Source: Candidatus Sulfotelmatobacter sp.
GTDB lineage: Bacteria; Verrucomicrobiota; Verrucomicrobiia; Limisphaerales; UBA11358
Length of the DNA: 64,000 nt
Assembly (NCBI GenBank): GCA_035485115.1
Contig: DATHOG010000003.1
Location: forward strand, 3,755-67,754
Reading direction: 5' to 3'
Shown here: positions 26,716 through 37,392 of the stretch, piece by piece
How the letters are laid out: every line of letters begins with the position of its first letter
How positions within the stretch are numbered: position 1 is the stretch's first letter
Notes under the pieces: generated by a model
Told to the model about the DNA's origin: nothing
Database searches by the model: none
Seen by the model: the letters and a program-made list of their open reading frames with translations, nothing else
Made by a program: the position numbers and the translations under genes

Positions 26716-27081
26716 CGCATTTGTCGGAATAATGAATACAACATTAATTCCGTTGCTTTGGATGAACGCTCTCTGTAACTCACCGTTGCCTCCCCACCGC
26801 CCGTCACGAGCTAGCTCGCGTGCGCGATAGCTCAAATGCAAACTCGTGCCATCTGACAAACCATAACATCTGTCCCAGCCGGTAATGGCTCCAACTCCCA
26901 TCGCGTTTATCAAACCATTCGTCGCAAGCTGGCTCGACGCCCGCTCTTCCCACATGCCAACTTTAAGACGAGACGCGGCTCTAACTGCCTCCGCCTGTGT
27001 AACTGCGTTGGTGTAATAGACCTGCCCAAATGCAAGCGCTGTAAACACAAACAAACTCAGAAATAGGACGACGGCTCTCAT
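26710..27081 (-). CDS. Cassette ORF: small secreted protein, unknown function
   Basis: Start at ATG 27081 gives the signal peptide MRAVVLFLSLFVFTALAFG. The longer 145-aa ORF would run into the attC-like site. Confidence 0.55.
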   Translation of the reverse strand: MRAVVLFLSLFVFTALAFGQVYYTNAVTQAEAVRAASRLKVGMWEERASSQLATNGLINAMGVGAITGWDRCYGLSDGTSLHLSYRARELARDGRWGGNGELQRAFIQSNGINVVFIIPTNAP

Positions 27082-27086
27082 ATGCG

Positions 27087-27183
27087 CCCTAACGACGAAA
27101 GCTGAGCCACCGCCGATTCGCGGCGTGGCTTGCAACCGCAACGCCAACGGCGGTTGGCTCCGGCGACTTGATAGGGGTTAGGC
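27087..27183 (-). repeat. attC-like site (97 bp)
   Basis: On the minus strand, GCCTAAC (27183-27177, includes the TAA stop) ... GTTAGGG (27093-27087). The inner stem gagccaccgcc (27104-27114) pairs with ggcggTtggctc (27149-27160), leaving one bulged base. Confidence 0.55.
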
Positions 27184-27492
27184 CACGGCTTCATAAACAC
27201 TCAATCTCTCTGCATCAATCTCCAGAACAGCGTCATCCTCCTCGTCGGAATTGGCAAACACAAAACGTCGGAATGGTGGCTGACCCTGCATTTCACTAAG
27301 TGCATAGAGCAACATCCCCTCTGGTCTGCTCGAAGTGACAGCACCAACTTTGGCAAACTCTACGACGAAAATCTTCCCGCTCGCACCACGAACTCGCACA
27401 CGAACTGAATCATCGGCGCGCTCAACGGCCAGGATCGAACCATCATGGAAATCTCGGTCGCCGACATAACCGATGAATGATGTATCGCTCAT
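27178..27492 (-). CDS. Cassette ORF: small acidic cytoplasmic protein, unknown function (immunity-protein-like size and charge)
   Basis: 104 aa, no TM or signal peptide. The ATG lies 11 nt after GTTAGGC (27510-27504, minus strand). Confidence 0.55.
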   Translation of the reverse strand: MSDTSFIGYVGDRDFHDGSILAVERADDSVRVRVRGASGKIFVVEFAKVGAVTSSRPEGMLLYALSEMQGQPPFRRFVFANSDEEDDAVLEIDAERLSVYEAVA

Positions 27493-27555
27493 GGTGTGAA
27501 GTGGCCTAACAAGGAATCAGTCGCATGGTTGCGGTCCTATTTTCCCGTTTTTTCG

Positions 27556-27584
27556 ACTCTATTTCTGGCGTTCCATTTTGTCCA
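27556..27584 (-). promoter_or_regulatory. Conserved promoter-like module TGGACA-N17-TAGAGT, copy 2
   Basis: On the minus strand, TGGACA (27584-27579), a 17-nt spacer, then TAGAGT (27561-27556), about 64 nt upstream of the ATG at 27492. Confidence 0.35.
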
Positions 27585-28419
27585 GACGAATTTGGGGCCG
27601 CAATCCGAATGAAGAATTATGAATGAAGAATCAGAAGTTGAACGGCGCGGGGCGATTCGGAGTGGGAAGGCACCAACCCGGGGCGCAGTCAAAAACCGGA
27701 GTATTTTGATCGCAGGCGCGATAGTTAACAAAACCCACTTTATTGTTGACAATGTTTACATACTTGGCTACGTTTGCGGTGGCGAAAACGGATTCCGGTT
27801 TTCGGGGTTCGGGTTGTTCTTTGACATAGCCGGCGAAGCCGGTCTTAACGGAAAAAAGGCCATGGCGCGAGGCGCGAGGCGTTGGGCGCGGGGTGGATTG
27901 TCGCGAATCGACAATCCGCCCGCCCGCTTCGAGCCGTACTAACCTGATGCGGAGTCCGAGCCGGACGGGCGATATCTGAAGGCAGAAGCCAGAATGCAGA
28001 ATGCTGAAGTGTCCAAAAATATGAAAATTACGAAACGAACCCAATTATTTTAAGAAAAAGTCAATGAAAGTGCATAAGTGTCCAAAAAAACGAACCCAAA
28101 TAAAGCCACCGGCGAGGCCGGTCTTACCATTTTCAGGCCACTGAATCCGACCCGCCTACTCCCGCGTGCGGGATTCGGCGCGGCAAGCCGAATCCGACTA
28201 AACCGGACCAAATCAGGGTAAATCAAGGTAAATCAAACCTGAAATGGGTGATGAGTTGAAGCGGCTCGGCAACGGTTTTTCGCTTGCGAAAACAGGCGCT
28301 TTTTTAATAAGAATTATAACGGTCAGAAGTATGTCCGGGTCATTTTCTGACGTGGCATTAGTAACGGGCGACACATTGGCCGGGCGAGCCGATCATCATC
28401 ACAACCAACCAACAATATA

Positions 28420-29946
28420 ATGAACAAAGGACGACGTGTGACCGGGATGCCACTGCTTTTAAAAAGAGTTGTCCTGTCAATTTTAGCCGTGATGCTGGCC
28501 GGGCGGGCGCAGGCGCAATACTATGCCATCCTGAAAAGTTTCAGTCCCGGCGCCATCAATGGGGTCACGGGCGCTTATACGAATGCCGATGGCATCGATA
28601 CGGTCGCGGAGGTGCTGATCTCCGGGCAAACGCTCTACGGGGTGGCGAGCGGCGGCGGGACGAACGGGAGCGGAACCGTTTTTAAACTGAACTTCGACGG
28701 AACCGGCTTCAAGGTGCTCCATCATTTCTCCCTGGCCAAGACGAACGCGAGCGACGTCGCTACCAACGCGGACGGATCGGGGCCGCAAGGCCGGTTGTTT
28801 TTGCAAAACGCCACACTTTACGGGACGGCGGCTTACGGCGGTCTTTATGGCGATGGCACGGTTTTTCGCGTGGATACGAACGGCAATAATTTTACCGTGA
28901 TCAAATTTTTTCAGAACAGCCCGGACGGCGCGTATCCTTACACTGGTGTTTTATTGCCGGACCCTGACGTGGTCATCGGTGAAACTTCCTTGGGCGGCAG
29001 CGGCGGCGGCCTTGGCACCCTCTTCCGGATGGACACAAACGGTAATAATTATGCCATCATCCATGAGTTCAATTCCTACCCGACCAACGGCGTCCAGCCG
29101 TGGGGGACGCTGGTGCAATCGGGCACGAACGTTTACGGAACGACCTATGCCGGCGGGACGAACCTCACCGGCACGATCTTCAGGGTGAACACCAACGGCA
29201 GCAGTTTTGAGGTGCTGAAAAGTTTTTCCGCCCTGGTGCTCAACACCAATAGCGACGGCGCGTATCCGCGAGCCGGGCTGATTTTGTCCAGCAATCTGCT
29301 TTATGGCACGACCTTTTCCGGCGGAGTTTTCAGCAACGGCGTGGTTTTTCGTATCAACACCGACGGCTCGGGCTTCACCAATCTCCACAGTCTGGCCGCC
29401 ACGACGGGCTCCTTCGGCAGCCAGTACAATCTCGAAGGTGCGAATCCGGCCGGGCGGCTCGTGCTGGCAGGCAGCACGCTGTATGGGACCACCCGGGACG
29501 GCAGCGCCGGTGAAGGCAATATCTTTTCGGTGAACACGGATGGCAGCGACTATTATTATTTGCGCGCGTTTGGCGCGACCATCCCTTACGACGGGAGCGT
29601 GTCCATGGCGGGGTTGACGCTGTCAGGCGCGATGCTTTTCGGGACGACCGAATTCGGCGGGACGAACGACACCGGCACGGTGTTCGCCTTTCGATGGGAC
29701 AACATACCGCCGGTGAGCATCGCGCGGACGGGAACCAATGTCGTTCTGACATGGCCCACGGACACGCAATACAATTCAAACAGTTTCAATTTCGTATTGC
29801 AATCCACTCCCCAACTCTCGGCAAATCCGTCGTGGAGCGACGTAACGAACCCGCCAACATTCAACCCGTTCATCGGCACCGCCATCAACGTGGTGACGAA
29901 TCCCGCGGCGGGCGCGAAGTTCTACCGTCTAAGTTCGTATTATTGA
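28420..29946 (+). CDS. Secreted GloVer (Gloeobacter/Verrucomicrobium-type) tandem-repeat protein
   Basis: Signal peptide, then about 8 repeats of TLYGTT..GG..G.GTVFR.NTDGS.F..LH.F. C-terminal beta-sandwich-like tail ending in KFYRL. Confidence 0.8.
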   Translation: MNKGRRVTGMPLLLKRVVLSILAVMLAGRAQAQYYAILKSFSPGAINGVTGAYTNADGIDTVAEVLISGQTLYGVASGGGTNGSGTVFKLNFDGTGFKVLHHFSLAKTNASDVATNADGSGPQGRLFLQNATLYGTAAYGGLYGDGTVFRVDTNGNNFTVIKFFQNSPDGAYPYTGVLLPDPDVVIGETSLGGSGGGLGTLFRMDTNGNNYAIIHEFNSYPTNGVQPWGTLVQSGTNVYGTTYAGGTNLTGTIFRVNTNGSSFEVLKSFSALVLNTNSDGAYPRAGLILSSNLLYGTTFSGGVFSNGVVFRINTDGSGFTNLHSLAATTGSFGSQYNLEGANPAGRLVLAGSTLYGTTRDGSAGEGNIFSVNTDGSDYYYLRAFGATIPYDGSVSMAGLTLSGAMLFGTTEFGGTNDTGTVFAFRWDNIPPVSIARTGTNVVLTWPTDTQYNSNSFNFVLQSTPQLSANPSWSDVTNPPTFNPFIGTAINVVTNPAAGAKFYRLSSYY

Positions 29947-30089
29947 AGCGAGGGGATGAGGATGACGATGAGGAGGATTCCCCCGTATCCCCAACTCCGC
30001 ACTTTTCAAGACGGTCACATAATATTATGCTTCCGTTTCAATTTTGAGCTTCGCAGGGGAATTCATCAGCGCGGCTTCAGAAAATTTAC

Positions 30090-31307
30090 ATGGCATTGAT
30101 TGTTCAAAAATATGGCGGCACGTCGGTCGGCAACACCGACCGCATCAAGAATGTGGCCCGGCGCGTGGCGGAATACCGCAAGCGCGGGGACCAGGTGGTG
30201 GTGGTGGTGTCGGCAATGAGCGGGGTGACGGACGGCTTGATCAAGCTGGCGAAGGACCTCGCCCCGTTGCCGAGCGAACGCGAGATGGACATGCTGCTGG
30301 CCACGGGCGAACAGCAGACCATTGCGTTGACGGCGATCGCCCTGCACCAAATTGACGTGCCGGCAGTCTCGATGACCGGCGCGCAGGCGGGCATCGTGAC
30401 GGACGGCGTCCATACGAAGGCCAAGATCCATAATATCACGCCGAAGCAGGTCCATGAACAATTGGACGCGGGCAAGGTGGTGATCGTCGCCGGTTTCCAA
30501 GGCGAGACGAGCGCGGGCCAGATCACGACGCTGGGGCGTGGCGGTTCGGATTTGACGGCGATCGCGCTGGCGGCGGCGTTAAAGGCAGACCTGTGCCAGA
30601 TTTACACGGACGTGGACGGCGTTTATACGACGGACCCGCGGATCGTGCCGAACGCCAAAAAATTGCAAGAGATCTCCTATGACGAGATGCTGGAACTCGC
30701 CAGCCTCGGGGCGAAGGTGATGCAAAGCCGGTCGGTGGAATTCGCCAAAAAATTTGGCGTCGTGTTTGAAGTCCGCAGCAGTTTAAATGACAACCCCGGA
30801 ACGATTGTGAAAGAAGAAACGAAAAGCATGGAAGGCGTGGTCGTGCGCGGTGTCGCGCTCGACAAAAATCAGGCGAAGGTCACGCTCGTGGGCGTGCCGG
30901 ACAAACCCGGGGTGGCCGCGAAAATTTTCAAGGCGCTCGGCGATGCGACCGTGAACGTGGACATGATCATCCAGAACATCAGCCACGGCACCGGCACGCC
31001 GGCGACGGACATCTCCTTTACCGCTGACAAGCCGGACCTGCTGAAGGCGCAAAAGGTGATCGAAGGCCTGCAGAAGGAAATCGGCTACAAGCAGGTGATC
31101 ACGGCCGAAAAAATCGGGAAACTTTCGATTGTCGGCGTGGGCATGAAATCGCACACTGGCGTGGCGGGCAAGCTGTTTGAAACGCTCGCGAACGAAGGCG
31201 TGAACATCGACATGATCTCGACCAGCGAAATAAAAATTTCCGTCGTCATTGACCTCGCAAAAGGCGAGCAGGCGGTGAAAGCCGTCCATGCGGCCTTCAT
31301 CGGATGA
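30090..31307 (+). CDS. lysC: Aspartate kinase
   Basis: [15 protein letters not shown]-terminus, 405 aa, two C-terminal ACT-like regions. Confidence 0.93.
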   Translation: MALIVQKYGGTSVGNTDRIKNVARRVAEYRKRGDQVVVVVSAMSGVTDGLIKLAKDLAPLPSEREMDMLLATGEQQTIALTAIALHQIDVPAVSMTGAQAGIVTDGVHTKAKIHNITPKQVHEQLDAGKVVIVAGFQGETSAGQITTLGRGGSDLTAIALAAALKADLCQIYTDVDGVYTTDPRIVPNAKKLQEISYDEMLELASLGAKVMQSRSVEFAKKFGVVFEVRSSLNDNPGTIVKEETKSMEGVVVRGVALDKNQAKVTLVGVPDKPGVAAKIFKALGDATVNVDMIIQNISHGTGTPATDISFTADKPDLLKAQKVIEGLQKEIGYKQVITAEKIGKLSIVGVGMKSHTGVAGKLFETLANEGVNIDMISTSEIKISVVIDLAKGEQAVKAVHAAFIG

Positions 31308-31326
31308 TGCACTTTTTCAGAAAACC

Positions 31327-34137
31327 ATGAGCACACACAACCTTTTCGATACGTTGCAGCAGTTTCAACTGGGCAACGGCCAGACGGCCAAGTTTTATTC
31401 ACTGCCCGCGCTTGAAAAAGCCGGGGTCGGCCCGGTCTCGAAACTGCCGGTTTCCATCCGGCTGGTGCTGGAATCCGTCCTGCGTAACTGCGACGGCAAA
31501 AAAGTGAGCGAGGCGAACGTGAAGGAACTCGCGAACTGGAAGGCCGTGGAATCGCGCACGGCGGAAATCCCGTTCGTGGTCGCGCGAATCGTGCTGCAGG
31601 ATTTCACCGGGGTGCCGTTACTGGTGGACCTGGCGGCGATGCGCAGCGCGGTGGCCAAGCTCGGCAAAAACCCGAAGATCATCGAACCGCTGGTGCCGGT
31701 GGACCTGGTGGTGGACCATTCGGTGCAGGTGGATTTCGCAGGCGGCGCGGATTCGATGGCGAAGAACCTGGATCTGGAATTCACGCGCAACCGCGAGCGT
31801 TATCAATTTTTGAAATGGGGCATGCAGGCATTTGACACCTTCAAGGTCGTGCCGCCGGGCATCGGCATCGTGCACCAGGTGAATCTGGAATATCTCGCGA
31901 AGGGCGTGCTGGAAGCGGACGGCGTTTATTATCCCGATACGCTGGTGGGCACGGATTCGCACACGACGATGATCAACGGTTTGGGCATCGTCGGCTGGGG
32001 CGTCGGCGGCATCGAAGCGGAAGCGGGCATGCTCGGCCAGCCGGTTTATTTTTTAACGCCGGATGTGGTGGGCGTGCACATGACGGGCGCCATCCGCGAA
32101 GGCGTGACGGCCACGGACGTGGCGCTGACCGTCACGCAGATGCTGCGCAAGGCGAAGGTGGTGGGCAAGTTCGTGGAATTTTTCGGCCCCGGCGCGGCGG
32201 CATTGCCGCTGGTGGACCGCGCGACCATCGCGAACATGGCGCCCGAATACGGCGCCACGATGGGCTTCTTCCCGATCGACGCCGAATGCACGAATTACCT
32301 GCGCGCGACGGGCCGCAGCGACGAAGCGGTGAAGACTTACGAAAATTATTACAAGGCGCAAGAACTCTGGGGCATTCCGAAGAAAGGTGACATCACGTAT
32401 TCGCAGGAGCTTGAACTCGACCTGAGTTCGGTGCTGCCGAGCGTGGCCGGCCCGAAGCGTCCGCAAGACCGCATCGAGTTGCCGAAGTTGAAAAACGAAT
32501 TCATCACCGCGTTTTCAAAACCGATCACCGAGAACGGTTTCGGCATGAAGCCGGAGGAATTGTTGCGCGTGGTGCATGTTTCCGCCGGCGGCGCAATTCA
32601 TCCCGGCGGCGGCGACCAGCAGGCCGGCAATCATCACAGCGAACGCGAAATGGCGGCGGAACATCCGACCCCCGACCCGATCCATTCCCGCGCAAAAACT
32701 TTGAAGGGCGATGTGCGCAACGGCTCGGTGTTGATCGCGGCGATCACGAGCTGCACGAACACGAGCAATCCCAGCGTGATGCTCGCGGCGGGCTTGCTCG
32801 CGAAAAAGGCGGTGGAGAAAGGATTGACGGTCAATTCAACCGTGAAAGCTTCGCTCGCGCCCGGCTCGCGCGTGGTGAGTGATTATCTGAATGCCACCGG
32901 CCTCCAGCCGTATCTGGACAAGCTCGGTTTCAATCTCGTCGGTTATGGTTGCACGACGTGCATCGGCAACTCGGGTCCGCTGCATCCGGCGATCGAGGAC
33001 GCGGTGGTGAAAAACAACCTGGTCGCGGCGAGCGTGCTTTCGGGCAACCGTAATTTTGAAGCGCGCGTGCACCAGAACATCAAGGCGAATTTCCTGATGT
33101 CGCCGCCGCTCGTCGTGGCGTTTGCGCTGGCGGGCCGCGTGGACATCGACCTCGCCAACGAGCCGCTGGGCACGGGCAAGGACGGCAAGCCGGTTCATCT
33201 GCGCGAAATCTGGCCGAGCCTGCGCGAGATCCGCGACCTGATGCAGGCCGCGTTGCAGCCGGAGATTTTCCGCAAGCTCTACAAGGATTTCGCCGCGCAA
33301 AATCCGAAGTGGAACGAAATTTCCTCGAGCACCGGAAACATCTACGAGTGGGACCGCAAGTCCACGTATATCCAGGAGCCGCCGTTCTTCGAGAATTTTT
33401 CACTGACGCCCGGGAGCATCAAGCCGATCAACGGCGCCCGTGCGCTTGGCATTTTCGGCGACAGTGTGACGACGGATCATATTTCGCCCGCCGGGTCGTT
33501 CAAGACAACGACGCCCGCCGGAAAATATCTCATCGAGAATGGCGTGGCGGCCGAGGATTTCAACAGCTACGGCTCGCGCCGCGGCAACGACCGCGTGATG
33601 ACGCGCGGGACGTTCGCCAATGTGCGCATCAAAAACCTGATGGTGCCCGGCGTGGAGGGCGGCGTGACAAAAATGCAGCCGTCGGGCGAACAGGTTTCAA
33701 TTTACGACGCTTCGATGAAATATCAGGGTGAAAAAATTCCGCTGGTGATCATTGCCGGCCAGGAATATGGCACGGGTTCCTCGCGCGATTGGGCGGCGAA
33801 AGGCACGAACCTGCTCGGGGTGAAGGCGGTCGTGGCGCAGAGCTTCGAGCGCATCCACCGCAGCAACCTCGTCGGCATGGGCGTGCTGCCGTTGCAGTTC
33901 AAGGAGGGCGTGAACGCGCATACCTTGAAGCTCGACGGCACGGAGACCTACGACATCGTGGGCCTTGATGCGAACATCAAGCCGCAGCAGGATTTGACAC
34001 TCAAGATCACGCGCAAGGACGGCAGTGCGGAAAATATTCCGGTGAAGTGCCGCATCGATACGCCGATCGAGATCGACTATTACCAGCACGGCGGCATTTT
34101 GCCTTTCGTGTTGCGGCAGCTGGTGGCGAAGGTTTGA
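31327..34137 (+). CDS. acnA: Aconitate hydratase A
   Basis: Start at ATG 31327 ([10 protein letters not shown]). [13 protein letters not shown] and the Fe-S ligand blocks SCTNTSNP and [10 protein letters not shown] are present. Confidence 0.93.
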   Translation: MSTHNLFDTLQQFQLGNGQTAKFYSLPALEKAGVGPVSKLPVSIRLVLESVLRNCDGKKVSEANVKELANWKAVESRTAEIPFVVARIVLQDFTGVPLLVDLAAMRSAVAKLGKNPKIIEPLVPVDLVVDHSVQVDFAGGADSMAKNLDLEFTRNRERYQFLKWGMQAFDTFKVVPPGIGIVHQVNLEYLAKGVLEADGVYYPDTLVGTDSHTTMINGLGIVGWGVGGIEAEAGMLGQPVYFLTPDVVGVHMTGAIREGVTATDVALTVTQMLRKAKVVGKFVEFFGPGAAALPLVDRATIANMAPEYGATMGFFPIDAECTNYLRATGRSDEAVKTYENYYKAQELWGIPKKGDITYSQELELDLSSVLPSVAGPKRPQDRIELPKLKNEFITAFSKPITENGFGMKPEELLRVVHVSAGGAIHPGGGDQQAGNHHSEREMAAEHPTPDPIHSRAKTLKGDVRNGSVLIAAITSCTNTSNPSVMLAAGLLAKKAVEKGLTVNSTVKASLAPGSRVVSDYLNATGLQPYLDKLGFNLVGYGCTTCIGNSGPLHPAIEDAVVKNNLVAASVLSGNRNFEARVHQNIKANFLMSPPLVVAFALAGRVDIDLANEPLGTGKDGKPVHLREIWPSLREIRDLMQAALQPEIFRKLYKDFAAQNPKWNEISSSTGNIYEWDRKSTYIQEPPFFENFSLTPGSIKPINGARALGIFGDSVTTDHISPAGSFKTTTPAGKYLIENGVAAEDFNSYGSRRGNDRVMTRGTFANVRIKNLMVPGVEGGVTKMQPSGEQVSIYDASMKYQGEKIPLVIIAGQEYGTGSSRDWAAKGTNLLGVKAVVAQSFERIHRSNLVGMGVLPLQFKEGVNAHTLKLDGTETYDIVGLDANIKPQQDLTLKITRKDGSAENIPVKCRIDTPIEIDYYQHGGILPFVLRQLVAKV

Positions 34138-34144
34138 AATTGGT

Positions 34145-34216
34145 GGAGCGCCGAGCCTTTGCTCGGCAGGGTAACGTCACATTTCAAATACCTGCCGAGC
34201 AAAGGCTCGGCGCTCC
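34145..34216. repeat. 26-bp perfect inverted repeat (REP/terminator-like) after acnA
   Basis: GGAGCGCCGAGCCTTTGCTCGGCAGG (34145-34170) and its exact reverse complement (34191-34216). The CCGAGCAAAGGCTCGG sub-hairpin recurs at about 55253-55275. Confidence 0.6.
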
Positions 34217-34301
34217 AAAGCAGCAAGGTTTGACCGGTCTGATAGTTTAAACCGAAACCTCCTTGCCGGGGAGGCTTCACACCGGCGGCACGGTGCGCAA
34301 A

Positions 34302-34613
34302 TCATCTTTTTGTTTTCACATCCCGATCGTGAATGAACAGGACGAGTGCGAAAAAGATCGCGCTGACGACGTTTACCGGAATCAGCAAACCCCAGCCGCG
34401 GTAATATTCAGCGTGTCCTGCGCGCCAGGAAAAATATACCAGGGCGGCGACGAGCGCCGACCAGAAGATTTGAAGCCCGATGCCGAAGAACATACGCCGG
34501 TTGGTCGGCGCGCTTTTGGTCATGAATAAAAAATAAAACGTCGGAATGAATAATGCGCCGAAGGAGATGAGTGTGCCGATGATCTGCATATTACTTTTGG
34601 TCTTTTTCGCCAC
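34302..34613 (-). CDS. Small 3-TM membrane protein, unknown function, last gene of the fluoride-riboswitch operon
   Basis: 103 aa, hydrophobic. Its start overlaps the 3' end of the DUF190 gene by 23 nt. Confidence 0.5.
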   Translation of the reverse strand: MAKKTKSNMQIIGTLISFGALFIPTFYFLFMTKSAPTNRRMFFGIGLQIFWSALVAALVYFSWRAGHAEYYRGWGLLIPVNVVSAIFFALVLFIHDRDVKTKR

Positions 34614-34938
34614 CGCGATAATGCAGCACCTTGACTTTTTCGAGCGTCACCAATCCGCCGCCGATCATCGGGTCGAGCTTCGGCAGAAACGAATTTATGT
34701 TTTCCTCGCTGTCCACGATTTCAATGACCAGGGGCAGGTCCTGGGAAAGCCGGATGATCTTTGAGGTGTGCACGAGGCTGGATTTGCCGAAACCCATCGG
34801 CCCGCGCAACACGGTTGCGCCCGCGAGGTGCGCCTCGCGCGCGGCGAGTACGATGGCCTCATAAAGCGGCTTGTGCTGCCAGCGGTCGCTTTCGCCGATG
34901 AAAATCCGCAGCAGGAGGGCTTCAGTGGGAATTTGCAT
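34591..34938 (-). CDS. DUF190 (PII-like) protein commonly linked to crcB
   Basis: LLRIFIGESDRWQHKPLYEAIV...ATVLRGPMGFG is the typical DUF190 pattern. It starts 3 nt downstream of crcB. Confidence 0.8.
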   Translation of the reverse strand: MQIPTEALLLRIFIGESDRWQHKPLYEAIVLAAREAHLAGATVLRGPMGFGKSSLVHTSKIIRLSQDLPLVIEIVDSEENINSFLPKLDPMIGGGLVTLEKVKVLHYRGGEKDQK

Positions 34939-34941
34939 AAT

Positions 34942-35364
34942 TTATTTCACGGGGTTGAAAACATTGCCGAGCAGGAAACCGAGCCACACGGCCACCATGC
35001 ACAGTACCACGGATAAAAGAATATTGCCGCCAGCGTAAAGATATTCGCCATCACGCAGCAGATTAAGCGTCTGCAAACTGAAGGAGGAAAAAGTGGTGTA
35101 GCCGCCGCAGATGCCGGTCATGACGAGCTGGGAGGCGAACACGCGCGATTGCGGATCCATCCGTCCTTCCGGCAACGTCAACGCGGCAAAGATACCGATC
35201 AGAAACGAACCGGAGACGTTAATGATGAGCGTACCGAGCGGAAAGGTTGCGGCGGCGGACGGGAATTTATCATGGACAAAACCTCCCATCCAGTAGCGGG
35301 CAATACTGCCAAGCGCGCCGCCGAGGGCGACCCATAGATACGGCCAAAGATTTGCGATGTTCAT
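34942..35364 (-). CDS. crcB: Fluoride ion channel CrcB/FluC
   Basis: 140 aa, 4 TM. GGALGSIARYWM, GTLIINVSGSFLIG and GGYTTFSSF blocks. Confidence 0.9.
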   Translation of the reverse strand: MNIANLWPYLWVALGGALGSIARYWMGGFVHDKFPSAAATFPLGTLIINVSGSFLIGIFAALTLPEGRMDPQSRVFASQLVMTGICGGYTTFSSFSLQTLNLLRDGEYLYAGGNILLSVVLCMVAVWLGFLLGNVFNPVK

Positions 35365-35408
35365 GATTTTACGCTGTTAATTTTGGCCGGCAACACGCCG
35401 GCCGTTTT

Positions 35409-35471
35409 GCGTAGGAGTCATCAGCGCTGAACATCAGGCGGTTTTCCATGCGGATGGCAGACTCCATTGCC
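35409..35471 (-). promoter_or_regulatory. Fluoride riboswitch (crcB RNA motif)
   Basis: Minus-strand RNA is GGCAAUGGAGUCUGCCAUCCGCAUGGAAAACCGCCUGAUGUUCAGCGCUGAUGACUCCUACGC. It has the conserved GGnnAUGGnGUnCnCC, AAACCGCC and GCUGAUGAnnCCUAC elements, and the pseudoknot pairing GGAGUC / GACUCC. It lies 44 nt upstream of crcB. Confidence 0.85.
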
Positions 35472-35569
35472 AAAAAATGTTTAACAATTTCCACGTTAAA
35501 TGGCAACGCTTTCTTGACTAGCCCGCCGGCCAAATTAACATGAGGGTTCGTTACTTTCGTAAAATCTAA

Positions 35570-36871
<1,302 letters not shown>

Positions 36872-36885
36872 TGCGTTCATAATTC

Positions 36886-36928
36886 AAAAACCGGAAGCAA
36901 AGAAATTTGCTTCCGGTTTATTATTTTC
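36886..36928. terminator. Bidirectional intrinsic terminator between convergent eno and the 36944 gene
   Basis: AAAAA-CCGGAAGCA-aagaaattt-TGCTTCCGG-TTTATTATTTT. A 9-bp stem flanked by an A-run and a T-run. Confidence 0.75.
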
Positions 36929-36943
36929 AAACTGTGCCGTACG

Positions 36944-37324
36944 TCACCTGGTATCTAACGCCTTGTTCAACTGCTCGATGGCATCGTTCACATGCTTCAA
37001 CGGCTTGCCGCTCAGGTTGCCTTGTGCCTGCTGCAACAACCCAAGCGCCGCGCGCACCTGCAGGTCCGATGTCCCCTGCGGTTCATGGCCCTTGCCGTGA
37101 CCGCTGATGTCCGTGCCCATTTCCTTGAGACCAAGTTTGATCTGTTCCATCGCCTTGCCCCGGTGTCCGTTGTAGTCGTGGTCCGCCTGCGCCAGCGTGG
37201 CATACGCGTCATCCAGGAGTGCGGCGTCGGGGTTCGCCTGCGCCTGTGCCCGGGTGGCCAGACCGAGCGCCAGCAACAAGGTCAACAACACGGCCGGAAT
37301 CCGAATTGAGAATTTTACATTCAT
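36944..37324 (-). CDS. Small secreted helical protein, unknown function
   Basis: Signal peptide MNVKFSIRIPAVLLTLLLALGLATRAQA (an alternative start is at 37348). Two similar helical halves. Confidence 0.5.
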   Translation of the reverse strand: MNVKFSIRIPAVLLTLLLALGLATRAQAQANPDAALLDDAYATLAQADHDYNGHRGKAMEQIKLGLKEMGTDISGHGKGHEPQGTSDLQVRAALGLLQQAQGNLSGKPLKHVNDAIEQLNKALDTR

Positions 37325-37392
37325 AGTTTTTATTATTGGTTTCGCCAACGATTTTAATATGGCACATGTTTCAAAAAATTATCAAATTATTT

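Larger units (their letters stand above)
22985..27600 (-). mobile_element. Integron-like gene-cassette array without an integrase in the window (CALIN-like)
   Basis: Seven small minus-strand ORFs. Spacers are bounded by RYYYAAC / GTTRRRY boxes. Stop codons sit inside the inverse-core boxes, and starts lie 1-15 nt after the core boxes. See findings. Confidence 0.55.

Noticed and set aside
27493-28419. Search for an integron integrase or attI next to the cassette array
   Set aside because: No ORF longer than 137 aa is present, and none has tyrosine-recombinase motifs (R..H..R..Y). Only repeats are found, hence the CALIN-like call rather than a complete integron.
29947-30089. Possible lysine riboswitch upstream of lysC
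   Set aside because: The leader is only about 140 nt and lacks the conserved L-box helices and motifs when read by eye.
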